From the NCBI GenBank assembly GCA_951406725.2, contig OX597825.1, positions 62,310,001 through 62,374,000 of the forward strand: DNA of 64,000 bases, read 5' to 3'. Numbering within the stretch: the first letter of the stretch is position 1; every line of letters starts with the position of its first letter. This document shows positions 13,144 to 26,004 of the stretch, one piece after another. Origin of the DNA: Octopus vulgaris (taxonomy: Eukaryota). The position numbers were made by a program, and so were the translations under genes. The notes under the pieces were generated by a model. The model was given only the letters and a program-made list of their open reading frames with translations. It was not told the origin of the DNA and ran no database searches.

Positions 13144-13721
13144 GACTATTTACTGATACACTAATACACCGGTTCTGAAGATTGTAAACAACGAAAGTAG
13201 CTGTAATGATTTTTTGGTACTAGAAATCATTGCAACAGAAAAACACAAGACGGAATGGCTGACAAAATGAAGGGAGAATGTGTTGTGTGGACGCCCCCAG
13301 GTGATGAAGTAGGCTAGCCCAATACGAATAAATATAGAGGGAGAAGCCTAGACGTCAGGAGCACAGCTGAGAATGGTTGAGTAGTGGAGAACAGTTGACT
13401 AGTCAGGTTAGCAGTAGAGCAGAGGTAGAGTTGAGTAGTAGAAGCATCCGAACATGCGACATAACAGAATGATAGAGCAAGAGATAGAAAGAAAGGAAAT
13501 ATGAGAAGTTAGACAGAAAACTCGCCTTCCAAATATTAACAGTAGATACTTGTAAAATCGAAATGATTTGAGTCATTGATATAAGAAGGGAGGGGAGTGA
13601 GAGAGAGAGAGAAATTGAATAAGGAAGCAGATTGAGAGAGAGAGAGAAAGAGAGAGAGTGAATAAGGAGGGGGAGGAGGAGGAAAAGGGGTGAAAGTACA
13701 TTTAGCAAAGTAGTGAATCTT

Positions 13722-14105
13722 ATACTCTTTACTTGTTTCAGTCATTTGACTGCGGCCATGCTGGAGCACCGCCTTTAGTCGAGCAAATCGACCCAGGGAC
13801 TTATTCTTTGTAAGCCCAGTACTTATTCTATCGGTCTCTTTTGCTGAACTGCAGCATCGGTTGTCAAGCAATGCTAGGGGGACAAACACAGACACACAAA
13901 CATATTCACACACACTTATATATATATATATATACATATATACGACAGGCTTCTTTCAGTTTCCGTCTACCAAATCCACTCACAAGGCATTGGTCGACCC
14001 GGGGCTATAACAGAAAACACTTGCCCAAGATGCCACGCAGTGGGACTGAACCCGGAACCATGTGGTTGGTTAGCAAGCTACTTACCACACAGCCACTCCT
14101 GCGCC
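13722..14105 (-). mobile_element. tRNA-derived CORE-like SINE (dominant family)
   Basis: Head GGCGCAGGAGTGGCTGTGTGGTAAG, CTTGGGCAAGT core, internal microsatellite, (AAAGAGT)n tail; more than 15 copies in the window. Confidence 0.85.
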
Positions 14106-15100
14106 TATGTATATGAAACAATATTATTTATTTTTGATATTGTGTCTCAGGTCAAATTTTTCATGCACCCCAAGTATGGAACCAATTTGTGTTTTCATGT
14201 AAAAAGTGAACACACACACACTCAGAGGTTTATTTAATATATAAGATAAATTCTTTTGTTACATCTGTTCTTATTTGTCTGTCTTTCCACAGTAACACAG
14301 ACATATGCACACATGCACACACACACACACACACACATATGCATGCATATATAAAAACACATACATGCATACTCACACATACATACATATTCACAAATAC
14401 ATACATCCATCCATATATACATACTCAACCATTCATCCATACATACATATATATGTGTGTGTGCGTGCATGTGTGAATTTTATTTAACTTATAGACAATG
14501 TATAAATGCAAAATATAATTTAATGAACATTTTCATCAATAACAATTAAAACTATAGTGCATACGTCATGGCAGACTTTGATATTCTGGTTTCTTGTATC
14601 AATGAAGAACTGTGATTTTAAAACAACAGAAATTTTTGTAGGTTTCTGAAAGACAAACTGGTATTGTCTTCATGGCAGAAACCACAAACAAGAAAGTCAT
14701 TAATACAAATATTTAAATCTAACAAGTGCAGACATGTTTGTATGTCCTATAGAATCTGGAGAAATGAGATTAGGAGACAAGTAAAAAGCAGCTGAGGTTT
14801 AAGCAATATATTTGAATATAGCCAGCAATTAATTGGATTTTAACATAGCATTACTATAAGACAATCTCGTGTCCTGATGACAAATAAAGCATATATCATA
14901 ATAGTCGTTCTCTTCTTCTTCCTAGTCCTCCTTTTTATTTTTAACCTCCACTTTCCATGCTTGCATCAGTTTGATGGATTTTGTTTGGGGATGGATGTCT
15001 ATACTGTCACCAACACTCGCTTGCTTCCTAACAAGGTATGAGGAGGAACATACTTCCTTGGAAGATTGGAAATGAACAACACTATTTGTGATAGTGACAC

Positions 15101-15850
15101 ATCATCATCATCATCATCATCATCGTTTAACGTCCGTTCTCCATGCTAGCATGGGTTGGATGGTTCAACTGGTGTCTGGGAAGCCCGAAGGCTGCACCAG
15201 GCTCCAGTCAGATCTGGCAGTGTTTCTACTGCTGGATGCCCTTCCTAACACCAACCACTCCATGAGTGTAGTGGGTGCTTTTTATGTGCCACCGACACAG
15301 GTGCCAAACGAGACTGGCGAATGGCCACGCTCGGATGGTGTTTTTATGTGCCACCGACACAGGTGCCAGACGAGGTTGGCGAACGGCCATGCTTGGATGG
15401 TGTTTTTTATGTGCCACCGACACAGGTGCCAGACGAGGCTGGTGAACGGCCACGCTCGGATGTTGTTTTTTATGTGCCACCGACACAGGTGCCAGACGAG
15501 GTTGGCGAACGGCCACGCTTGGATGGTGTTTTTTATGTGCCACCGACACAGGTGCCAGACGAGGCTGGTGAACGGCCACGCTCGGATGTTGTTTTTTATG
15601 TGCCACCGACACAGGTGCCAGACGAGGTTGGCGAACGGCCACGCTTGGATGGTGTTTTTTATGTGCCACCGACACAGGTGCCAGACGAGGCTGGTGAACG
15701 GCCACGCTCGGATGTTGTTTTTTATGTGCCACTGACACAGGTGCCAGATGAGGCTGGCGAACGGCCATGCTCGGATGGTGTTTTTTACGTGCCACCAGCA
15801 CGGAGGCCAGGCGAGGCTGGCACGGCCACGATCGGATGGTGTTTGTTACG
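15101..15850 (-). mobile_element. (GAT)n-tailed SINE with internal 63 bp tandem array
   Basis: Units at 15284, 15346, 15409, 15472, 15535, 15598, 15661, 15724, 15787; produces the 21-aa-repeat ORFs. Confidence 0.9.
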
Positions 15851-16103
15851 TCCTGATGACAAATAAAGCATATATCATAATAGTCATTCTCTTCTTTTTC
15901 CTCGTCCTTCTTTTTCCTTGTTAACATCCACTTTCCATACTTGCATCAGTTTGATGGATTTTGTTTGGGGAGCTCTTGTACAGATGGATGTCTATACTGT
16001 CACCAACACTCACTTGCTTCCTAACAAGGTATGAGGAGGAACAGACTTCTCTTGAAGATTGGAAATGAATGACACTATTTGTGATAGTGGCATGTATTTA
16101 TAA

Positions 16104-16500
16104 CTAGCAGTATCGCCCGGCGTTGCTCGGGTTTGTAAGGGAAATAACTATATAAGCATTTTTAGAGAGTTATAGCCCCAAAATAGCAAAAAAAATGCAT
16201 TAAAAATGGAAAAAAAATTATGGTAATTTTTTTTTAAATCGTTGACTCATCGTAGACATTTTTAGAGAGTTACTTCCCTTATGTAATAGCGAAAAAATGC
16301 ATTAAAATGGAAAAAATGATGGTAAATTATTTTTAAAATCGTAGACTCATCGTAGACGCGCGCTAATACCCAGAAGGGCTCGATATGAATCACGACTATA
16401 AGATACCCGCTTTTGGTTACACTGCACTGCAGAATGTGGGAGCAGTTAGGAATCTAAATCGTAGGAGACAGACACACAACTTGACTTTTATATATAAAGT
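16104..16500 (-). mobile_element. Non-autonomous Helitron
   Basis: Reverse complement of 3075-3467; CCCGAGCAACGCCGGG hairpin then CTAG. Confidence 0.85.
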
Positions 16501-16624
16501 TAATCGAGCGATGTAATGAAAAAGAGACACAAACAGCCATAACCACACTCATATTTTATATCTATTTATCATTCACCATATTTCATTCCATAATGGCTAC
16601 CTCCGAAAAGCTCAGGGTTACATA

Positions 16625-16947
16625 CAGGGGTTGAACAAAATAATGGAAACAGCTAGCATCATAGTATCATAATTTATAAAACCATCAAAAACTTGTTTAT
16701 TTTTATGCTTTTTTATTTATTTTTAGTGTTGCTTAAAATGTTTTGAAAAAATTGCTATTTCTTTTCAGATATTATTGTAATAAGGTAATTAAAATTCATT
16801 GAAATGATATCTATCAGACTTTCAAAGGGGACAAATTGTTGGAGCTCATATGGCAGGCGCTAATGTAACAAAAACAGTCGAAATGTTTGGTGAATCAAGA
16901 AGTACTGTCTTGAAAGTAATGACAGCCTTTGAGAAAGACGGAAAAAT
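16625..16947 (+). mobile_element. Tc1-like transposon 5' fragment
   Basis: TA-CAGGGGTTGAACAAAATAATGGAAAC terminus; HTH peptide LSDFQRGQIVGAHMAGANVTKTVEMFGESRSTV. Confidence 0.8.
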
Positions 16948-18383
16948 GCTAGGGGGACAAACATAGACAGAAAAACTTACAACCAAAAGCCTTACCATAC
17001 ATCTCCACACACAACCCTCTCAATAACGAAGCCTTCGGCACCATCCTCCACAACATACCCCTCCTAAAAAAAGACCACAGAATGAACACAATCCTCCAAA
17101 CACACACGATCATAAAAAGCAAAAGACAGCCTAGATCCATGAAAAGTCTCCTAACACAAGCCCGAATTCACTCTTCAACACAGAAGCCGACAGTAAAAAA
17201 AATGTGGAAGACCCAATTGCGGGATATGCGACTATCTAATTGAGGGATCAGAGTTCTCCTTCAAACAAGGACAACGGTTTACAGTGAAAAGCAACTTCAC
17301 ATGTGCTTCGGAGAACCTAATATACTCACTAACCTGCTCCGGGTGTCAAGAGCAGTACATAGGCCAAACAAAAAATGGTTTGCGTAAACGAATGGCCCTG
17401 CACAGATCCCAGATAAAAATTCCCCAAAACAGAAAAATAGCTTTTAGCCAACACATAGATACTTGCGCCAACAAAAAAACACCAAACTTCAGGATTTTCC
17501 CCCTCTACCAATTTAGGGACGATACAACCTCGAGACAACGAATAAGTAAAGAAAATCTCTTTATTACAAAATACAGGCCACTTCTTAACGGGTCTACGAC
17601 AAACAATTAATATACCTCAACTTTAGAATAAAAGAAATATATACACACACAAATATTACACTCCATAGAATTCATTACTAATCAGCCCCATCACAGCTAT
17701 ACTTTCACCCATTCATATTCTCCCTTCTCTGTTTTTTTCTTCTACTTCCTCTTCGTCTTCATCATCATCATTATCATCATCATCGTCGTCATCATCATCA
17801 CCACCATTATCACCATCATCTTCTCCTTCTCCTTCTTCTTCTTCTTCTTCTTCTTCTTCTTCTTCTTCTTCATCATCATCATCATCATCAACATCGTCAT
17901 CTTCTTCTTCTTCTTCTACTTCTCCACCTTCTACCCCTTAACCTTGTCACTAATGTCTTTCAGTATAACGCCTACGCAAATTCCATAAACAATTCCTGAA
18001 TTGAACTGCGACTGCTGTCAGCCACTGACCATTCAAAATACGACCATCAAGGCATTCCCAGATTTCCCCACCCCCTCTCCACATCAGCCTCCTTATTCTT
18101 CACCTACCCTACCAAGAACTCACAACGACCTCGAACACACAAGTGCAAACAAGGGAGTCAGAGAAAGGCAGAATGCTACTTATATCTGAACACTACTATA
18201 GAAATATTCTTTTAAAAAAACTTTTCTTCTAATTTTTCTAAATTTAATTATTTAATCGTTACAGTTGAAAAGGTCTCAAAATGACCGAAACCGGTACTGA
18301 AAGATTCACTATAAAATTATCTTAGCATTTTCTATTTTTGACTTGTTTTTTCATATATATCAACTCGTGTGTACCTTTCCACT

Positions 18384-18390
<7 letters not shown>
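16948..18390 (+). mobile_element. Penelope-like element 3' part (GIY-YIG + pLTR)
   Basis: PYISTHNP..KSKRQPRS, CGRPNCGIC, NLIYSLTCSGCQEQYIGQT..LRKRMALHR; hammerhead at 18259. Confidence 0.88.
18259..18302 (+). ncRNA. Minimal type-I hammerhead ribozyme, U3-A8 variant
   Basis: CAG-TTGAAAA-GGTC tcaaaat GACC-GAAA-CCGG-TA-CTG. Confidence 0.75.
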
Positions 18391-18443
<53 letters not shown>

Positions 18444-19176
18444 CATATATACATATACATATATATATATAAATATACATTAGATCACTATATGTGGAGT
18501 CAAGTAATCCAGCAGTACTCATAGAAAAAGCTCTTAATGTGCCATTCTACAAAGCATATAGAATGTATAGTATGACAGAAGAAAAAACGGTAAGGAGTAT
18601 ACAGTCATAAATGACAGAAACAAATGACATGAAATTTTATTTGACAGTAAGAAAATTCTAGTATCATGACTATTTTATAACTTAAAAACATGTATATAAT
18701 TTATATACATAAAAACACACACATATAGATATATACATATATATATACATGATGAGCTTCTTTCAGTTCCCATCTACAAGATCCACCAACAAAATTTTAC
18801 AAGATGATATTTCCCAAACTAGATGCACAATACAACTGAAACCAAAGCTATGTTGTTGGGAAACCAGCTTCTTGATCATGCAAACATGTCTGTGCACTGA
18901 TAATGGGAATTAGCCCCTCCTTATAAACAGAACAATAAAAGAATTGTATCCTGCAATCAACAGACACATTTGACCAATCCCAAGCAAAACCAAAAGTATC
19001 AGCGTTCTCACAATGATTTCATATCAAGATCCATACCTGGACTCCATATTGCATTCATGCATCCATCACAAATTGATGCAGCTTCTTATATTTTTAATGA
19101 TTTAAAAAATTCCCTTTCCTTCAAACACTAATACATTGAAATCAATGGCGTGACTGTTATATGATTGATTTTGCAT

Positions 19177-19575
19177 TCATCATCATCATCATCATCATCG
19201 TTTAACATCTGTTTTTCCATTCTAGGATGGGCTGGACGGTTCGACCAGGTTCTGGGAAGCCAGGAGACTGCACCAGGCTCCAGTTTGATCTGGCAGTGTT
19301 TCTACAGATGGATGCCCTTCCTAATGCCAACCACTCCGTGAGTGTAGTGGTTGCTTTTTACGTGCCACTGGCACAGGTGCCAGGCAAGGCTGGCAATGGC
19401 CATGATCGGTTGGTGACTTTTACGTGCCACCGCCATGGAAGCTAGTCAAGGCGGCGCTGGTATCGGCTACGTTCGGATGATGCTTTTTACGTGCCACCAG
19501 CATGGGTATCACAACTACACTTTCCATTTTATATTTTTATGTTGATGTACTTGACTCAATAGGTCTCCTCAAGCA
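19177..19575 (-). mobile_element. (GAT)n-tailed SINE
   Basis: Same family as 15101; about three diverged units of the 63 bp repeat. Confidence 0.8.
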
Positions 19576-20502
19576 CTGTGCAAAGCATAACCTTGTTACA
19601 TAGAATTTTTGGTACACAGTATCAAATTGGATTAATTTTATATGTACACCAGTTATCTAAATACTTCGTGCTCTTCACATTATTTATATAGTATCCACTC
19701 ATCCAGGTTTCATACTAACCACTGCACCCAGTTCTCCTTCACATTAATCTCCACACCTTTTTCTTGCAGCCATAGATTTGAGAATGTTTATGTGGAATGG
19801 AAACTATATCAAAATCTCAGAGGTCTCAGAGGGCTTGGAAACAAATTACTACAGACCAAACCAATGATATATTATCATCTTATTAATATCTACCTTTCAG
19901 TGCTTCCATTGGCTAGTCAAAGCATACTAACACAGTCTTCTATAACCGGGTGCTTTTCAAGCAATGTAATATATGCTCAAGTTCTTTCAATATAAATCGA
20001 TCAATGACTGGACATGTTTCAACAAAAGATTGCAAAATTTGGCACTGTCTTTTAATGAATGGTGACATTGCTTACAGTTAGCATGCAAACACATGCATAC
20101 ACACTCATACGGACACAGAAATACACACACATCTAGAAGATTTTTGTAGTTTCTATCAACCAAATTCACTCATTAGGCTTTGCTCAACATAGGGTTATAT
20201 AGTAGAACAAGGATCATAGGGTACCAAAGTGGGATGGAAACTAAAAACCTTGTGGTATAAAGTATATATACATATGCGTATGTGTGTGTGTGAGTGTATG
20301 TACACACACACAAATATGTATGTGTATATATACACATACACACACATATATATATGTATACACACACACTCATTTATGTATGCGTGTATATATATATGCA
20401 TAGATATATGTGTGCATATGTCTATATATATATAAGAATTTTTTGAATAATAAGATAAAAAAACCAAGGCTGTGTAGATATTAGAGCATTTATAGATATA
20501 AG

Positions 20503-20698
20503 GTCTTACAGCTGTTTCTAAGATATTAATTAATAATATCCTGGCGTTAGGAAGGGCATCCTGCTGTAGAAACATTGCCAGATAAGACCGGAGCCTGGTG
20601 CAGCCTTCTGGCTTCCCAGATCCCCGGTCGAACCGTCCAACCCATGCTAGCATGGAGAACGGACGTTAAACGATGATGATGATCCCTTCATCGGAGAC
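20503..20698 (-). ncRNA. Hammerhead-like motif split by a SINE fragment (20542-20681)
   Basis: Rejoined: GTCT-CCGATGA-A-GGGATATTA ttaat TAATATCTT-A-GAAA-CAGCTG-TA-AGAC. Confidence 0.65.
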
Positions 20699-21540
20699 AG
20701 TGTGAGAGGAAAATTAAGTCATAGTTAATTCAGATGTGATGCAAAATAGAGAGTGAGGTAGAGGAAAGAAAATAGATGTAAGGTATGTATGGGTATTGAA
20801 GTTGTAAATCAATTGACTTTGCTTTTACTAAGACTCGAAATGAAAGATTTCTTACATAGAAATCAAATAAGAACAGATGATAAGAGTGCAGCCAATTATA
20901 AAGCAACTCCTCATTAACAAATTCCACTAATCCATGCTCACATAGAAAAATAAATGCCCAAATAATTCGTAAAAGGATTGTCATATAAATCTCATCCAGA
21001 TTAGCATTTTAATGTTAGATTAATTAAGCACTAAATCAGTTTCCAAAGTATGTCATACAGTACATAATTAATGAGATTTAAAGTGCAGTGACAGAAAAAG
21101 TGAAGGAAAATTCTAACTGTTGCAGAATATTGCTATATATTGGTACATTTGACTTTTGCATAAAACACATTATACATTACACTTCAAACAAAATATATTC
21201 TCACCAATTAGAAATTGTGACATTTCTGATAAAAATATGTTTGTTATCATTCCTTGTGTTATCTTATGTTTTCATCAAATTTTAGAATGAAGGAATTCAG
21301 ACAATAATGAAATTGGTAAAAAAAAAACAAGCCAAAAAAAATGTAGAAGTGTCTCAAATACTATTTTGCAGAAATCGATATATTTGCCAATGTTAAAGAA
21401 ATTCAAAAATCAAATAATAACTGTGGAAAGAACCGATATCAATGTCAGAGATGATGATGGATATTTTATTTTAATATATTTATGACATGTATCCATATCT
21501 ATATGTGTGTATATGTGTGTATATATATATCTTTATATTT

Positions 21541-21920
21541 ATAGGAGTAGGAGTGGCTGCGTGGTAAGTAGCTTGCTAGCGAACTACGTAGTTCCAGGTT
21601 CAGTCCCACTGCATAGTACATTGGGCAAGTATCTTCTACTAAAGCCATGTAAGTGGATTTGGTAGACGGAAACTGAAAGAAGCCCGTTGTATATGTGTGT
21701 GTGTGTGTATGTTTGTGTGTCTGTATTGTCACCCCAACGTTGTTTCACAACAGATGCTGGTGTGTTTACGTCCCTGTAACTTAGCGGTTCAGCAAAAGAG
21801 ACTAATAGGATAAGTACTAGGCTTCCGAGGAATAAGTCCTGGGCTCGACTTTCTCGACTAAAGGCGGTGCTCCAGCATGGTCAGAGTCAAATGAATGGAA
21901 CAAGTAAAAGTGTAAAAGAG
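21541..21920 (+). mobile_element. CORE-like SINE
   Basis: Same family as 13722. Confidence 0.85.
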
Positions 21921-22637
21921 AATATGCATGTGTGTGTGTCTCTATATATAAATATATGTTTAACATTACACTTAGGCATTGTGAGAGGAATAACTTGGTG
22001 TAGAACTCAATACATGTATGCTTCTGAAGGAAATGTTAGTCAAGTACAGAGCAGTAATATGAAAAGAAATGACAGAGTCACTCAATGATGGCACCACCAC
22101 ATGTTATAGTGGAAACAGCTGTAAGCTAATGAAGTTCATAAGATTATCATTTATTAATAGGAAGCCCACAGAAACTTTTCATATATGTTCCAAAGTAATA
22201 GCATAAAAACATTGTATATACTGAATTTCTGTAAATGTTTTACAATTTTTTTTACAATACATTTCTCTATTATTATCTCTATTATTTTCTGCATTTAGAT
22301 ATTCTAAATAAATATTTAAAATTATGTCAAGCAATATTTAGATAACTTTTACCAACTTTTATAGTAAGGTAAATGGGCATTACCATAGATACCAATATGT
22401 GCCTTTAGCGAATATTCCAACACTGTAAAGACCAAGCCGAAGGCCAGGCGGGCCACTAGTATATATATTTTTTACATTGTAGATTTTTCTTCGTTTTCTG
22501 TTTTCCCTTTTTCCTTTTCTGTTTTCCATTTTTCGTTTTCTGTTGTTTACTTTCTATGTTATCTGTATGCTGCCTTCTCAGTTTATTTTGTATTTCGTCT
22601 ATTATTTAATCACTTTAGTTTGTTATGATATGTGGTT

Positions 22638-22691
22638 TGTGCCTGAAGAATATGTTTGAGTTTTCTCAACATATGAAACTATTAGTAGCAT
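22638..22691 (+). ncRNA. Type-I hammerhead ribozyme with canonical core
   Basis: GTGC-CTGAAGA-ATATGT(T)TGAG tttt CTCAACATAT-GAAA-CTATTAG-TA-GCAT. Confidence 0.8.
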
Positions 22692-22786
22692 TTTAATACA
22701 TGTATTGGGACCATTAAATAAATAATATTCATCTCTCACCAAGCAGATGGAGTACTTTTACTGTTGAATTTTCTACCACGGATCAG

Positions 22787-22847
<61 letters not shown>

Positions 22848-22868
22848 CTCACACACACACACATATAT

Positions 22869-22913
<45 letters not shown>

Positions 22914-23039
22914 TAAATATAAATATATATATATATATTTATGTATATATATATATATATTCTTTCTTGAGCGTCCAATAATACTATACACATATATACT
23001 TATACACACACATATATATACATATATATATATATAGGG

Positions 23040-23218
23040 GGACAATTCACAAAAAGACAAAAGACAAAGACAGGTAGTGTAGACAACAAACAGATGTATT
23101 AGTATAACGCTCGGGAAAGGAAAAAGTCCTTAACGTTTTGAGCCTAAGCCCTTCCACAGAAACGAACATAGAAAGAAACAAGGAGAGAAAATAAAAAGTG
23201 TGTAGTGGCTAGCGATCT

Positions 23219-23220
<2 letters not shown>
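23040..23220 (-). mobile_element. Solo Penelope pLTR-like copy with degenerate hammerhead
   Basis: Reverse-complement similarity to 2330-2510; CTGTGGAAGGGCTTAGGCTCAAAACGTTAAGGA. Confidence 0.7.
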
Positions 23221-23263
<43 letters not shown>

Positions 23264-24430
23264 TAAAACATGGGTAAAACATTGCGCACAACTGTCTTTA
23301 TTAATTCTACATGCGTGTGTGTGTGTGAATGAAAGCATATATATTATGTGCATGAGTACATACATACTCACATACACAAATACAGATACATAATGCAAAC
23401 AAACACACATGTGTATATGTGTGTGTGTGCGTGTGTGTGTGTGTATGTATGCATGTATCTATGTATGTCACAGACTAAAGAAGGAGTACCTGATAATGGA
23501 AACCTGATGATAAATTCTTTAATGGAATTTTAGTCATAAAACTTTAACCACTAGTTTCATACTGGTTCTTTCATCAATAATTGTTCCTTGTGAGAACATT
23601 TGGATGTTAAAGGTGTGGAATCAGATCATAGATCTCTTCTTTGATCTCATCCTACACTGCGTACCGTTATGCTGCCAACATGACATCATTGTTCATAGTT
23701 GAAGCATTATTATTCACAAAAAAACAATGTGACACCATTACTTTTATGGGTTTTTCCTTAAAATTTCATCCAAGTGTATATATTATTGGTGGGTTGTTGA
23801 CTCATTTGTTCTTTGCCTAAAGCACATGGATGATGTCTGCCTCTAGTATTTATGTAGCTTCTGTAATATGTTTTACAGTTGTATTTTATGGCTCTGTAAA
23901 GAATTTTTACTTCAATATTTTTTATCAAGCCATTGTGTTTCACTATGGACACGATAGAGTACATTTCCTTTCAGTGCATTCTCTCCAGTGTCTGCAGTTC
24001 ATTCACATAGGCTGCAGAATGTCTCTCCATTAATCTTATATAGTTCACAACATATCGAATTTTGTAGTATATTTTGAGGTTTATCGTTCATATTTTTCAT
24101 TGGTGCAAGGAGTTTTCTTGAGTATGTATGACTGGCTAATTGACTAACAGTCTCGTTGTATCTATTTGTTTCTTTACTACTATGACTTTAAGCGTTATGT
24201 TATTTAGCATTCTTCTAAAATTGCAGACTAATTCACTTCTGAATTCAGTATCAATGAACATCTCACCTTAGAGTTTGTTTTTCTTATACCAGAAGATTTT
24301 ATTGTCTTGTTTTGTTCTTCTTTCAAGCATTTTTGTGAACTTGTTCTGGCACATGTAGTAGGTTCTATTAACATTATTGCTGCAGATAGCTTCATGTTTT
24401 CCTGGCTCCTTTATACAAACGGATTAACAT

Positions 24431-24633
24431 TAAGGCAGCGAAGTGGCAGAAACGTTAACACGCCGGGCGAAATGCTTTGTGGTATTTTGTCTGCCGCTGC
24501 GTTTTGAGTTCAAATTCCGCCGAGGTCAACTTTGCCTTTCATCCTTTCGAGGTAGATAAATTAAGTACCAGTTACGCACTGGGGTCGATGTAATCGACTT
24601 TATGTTTAGCCCCTTGTGGGCAATAAAGAAATA
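24431..24633 (+). mobile_element. tRNA-derived SINE (second family) with 16 bp TSD
   Basis: GAGTTCAAATTCCGCCGAGGTC..TTTGCCTTTCATCCTTTCG central domain; TSD ACAAAC(G/T)GATTAACAT at 24415 and 24634. Confidence 0.85.
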
Positions 24634-24879
24634 ACAAACTGATTAACATCGTTGTTATATCAAAAGAATTATAAATTAATGGATGAAACCTTATACCTGA
24701 TTTCTTCATTCACATGATGGGCATATATGGATATAATCTTGTTGATCTTTACTGGATCTGCTCCCAGGATGCTTATTTTACATTTATCAATGTAACAGAC
24801 CTCTGGCAGGCTAAGGTTTTATGGACCACAGGTTTCATAACATTAGTGCAGGATTTGTTTCTTGCTTTTAATTATTTCT

Positions 24880-25292
24880 AGGCATAGGAGTGGCTGTGTG
24901 GTAAGTATCTTGCTTACAAACCACATGGTACTGGGTTCAGTCCCACTGCGGGGTACCTTGGGTAAGTTTCTTCTGCTATAACCTCGGGCCAACCAAAGCC
25001 TTGTGATTGGATTTGGTAGATGGAAACTGAAAGAAGCCCGTCGTATATATATATATATGTATGTGCGTGTACATGTCTGTGTATCTGTGTTTGTCCCCCT
25101 AACATTGCTTGACAACCAATGCTAGTGTGTTTACGTCGCTGTAACCTAGCGGTTCGGCAAAAGGTACAAATGGAATAAGTACTAGGCTTACAAAGAATAA
25201 GCCCTGGGATCGATTTGCTCGACTAAAGGCGGTGCTCCAACATGACCACAGTAAAATGGCTGAAACAAGTAAAAGAGTAAAGAGTAAAGAGT
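24880..25292 (+). mobile_element. CORE-like SINE
   Basis: Same family as 13722. Confidence 0.85.
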
Positions 25293-25610
25293 ATAGTCCT
25301 GTATTTAAAATTGGTAGATTTTGAAGGCATTCATATGGGTAAATGATGCTAACTTTAACTCTTTCATGAATCACATTTGCTAAACACTGGGTCATTTCCA
25401 CATAATGTTTTTCTATTTCCTGAATGTTGCCATGTGGAGTGGTTTTAATTACAATGCTTATGTCATCTGCATAATTAGATTATATTGCTTGAAGTACCAT
25501 TCACAATTTGAGTTATTCATCCCACTCCACTATAACAAGATTGGTCAAAGCCCAAGCAATGTCAACGTCAATGGCGACACTTGATTATTAAATTTGAATC
25601 TATCATTAAA

Positions 25611-26004
25611 CTAGTAGTATCACCCGGCATTGCTTGCGTTTGTTTCGACCCTTTAGAATTGGAATTTTTGAGAAGTAAAAAATTTGCATTATGTAGCTTG
25701 TTATTCTCTTTAAGTGAACATTTTTCTGGTTGAAATACACCGAAAATGGCAACACAGCAGTAAAAAACAAAACGTAAAAAATAGGGATTTTCATAGAAAA
25801 AAAAGTACCTTTTTGATGTAAATAATTTTTGGTCTTAACATGGTCCGATTTGAATTTTATCTTCTACAGAATGAAGAGTAAGCCTTCTTCTATCATACTT
25901 TCAATTTTGGTCAACTTGTGCTGCAGGGTCTCAGAGGAGATAGTATTAGTTGAAGGCTGCTAAACCTGCCATACACAGACAACTTCAGCTTTATATATAG
26001 AGAG
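25611..26004 (-). mobile_element. Non-autonomous Helitron (related subfamily)
   Basis: Termini resemble the 3075/16104 element (CTAG + GCAATGCCGGGTG hairpin; TCTCTCTATATATAAAGCTGAAGTTG); interior differs. Confidence 0.75.

Noticed and set aside
15088-15927. Three overlapping 21-aa repeat proteins
   Set aside because: Consequence of a 63 bp stop-poor tandem repeat inside a SINE.
22085-22126. Hammerhead relic ATGATGG-CAC..GTG-GAAACAGCTGTA
   Set aside because: The 3' half fits, but the core is mutated and stem I is not convincing.
22350-22460. Tiny Helitron-like piece ending GC-rich hairpin + CTAG|T
   Set aside because: No clear 5' TC end and no second copy in the window.
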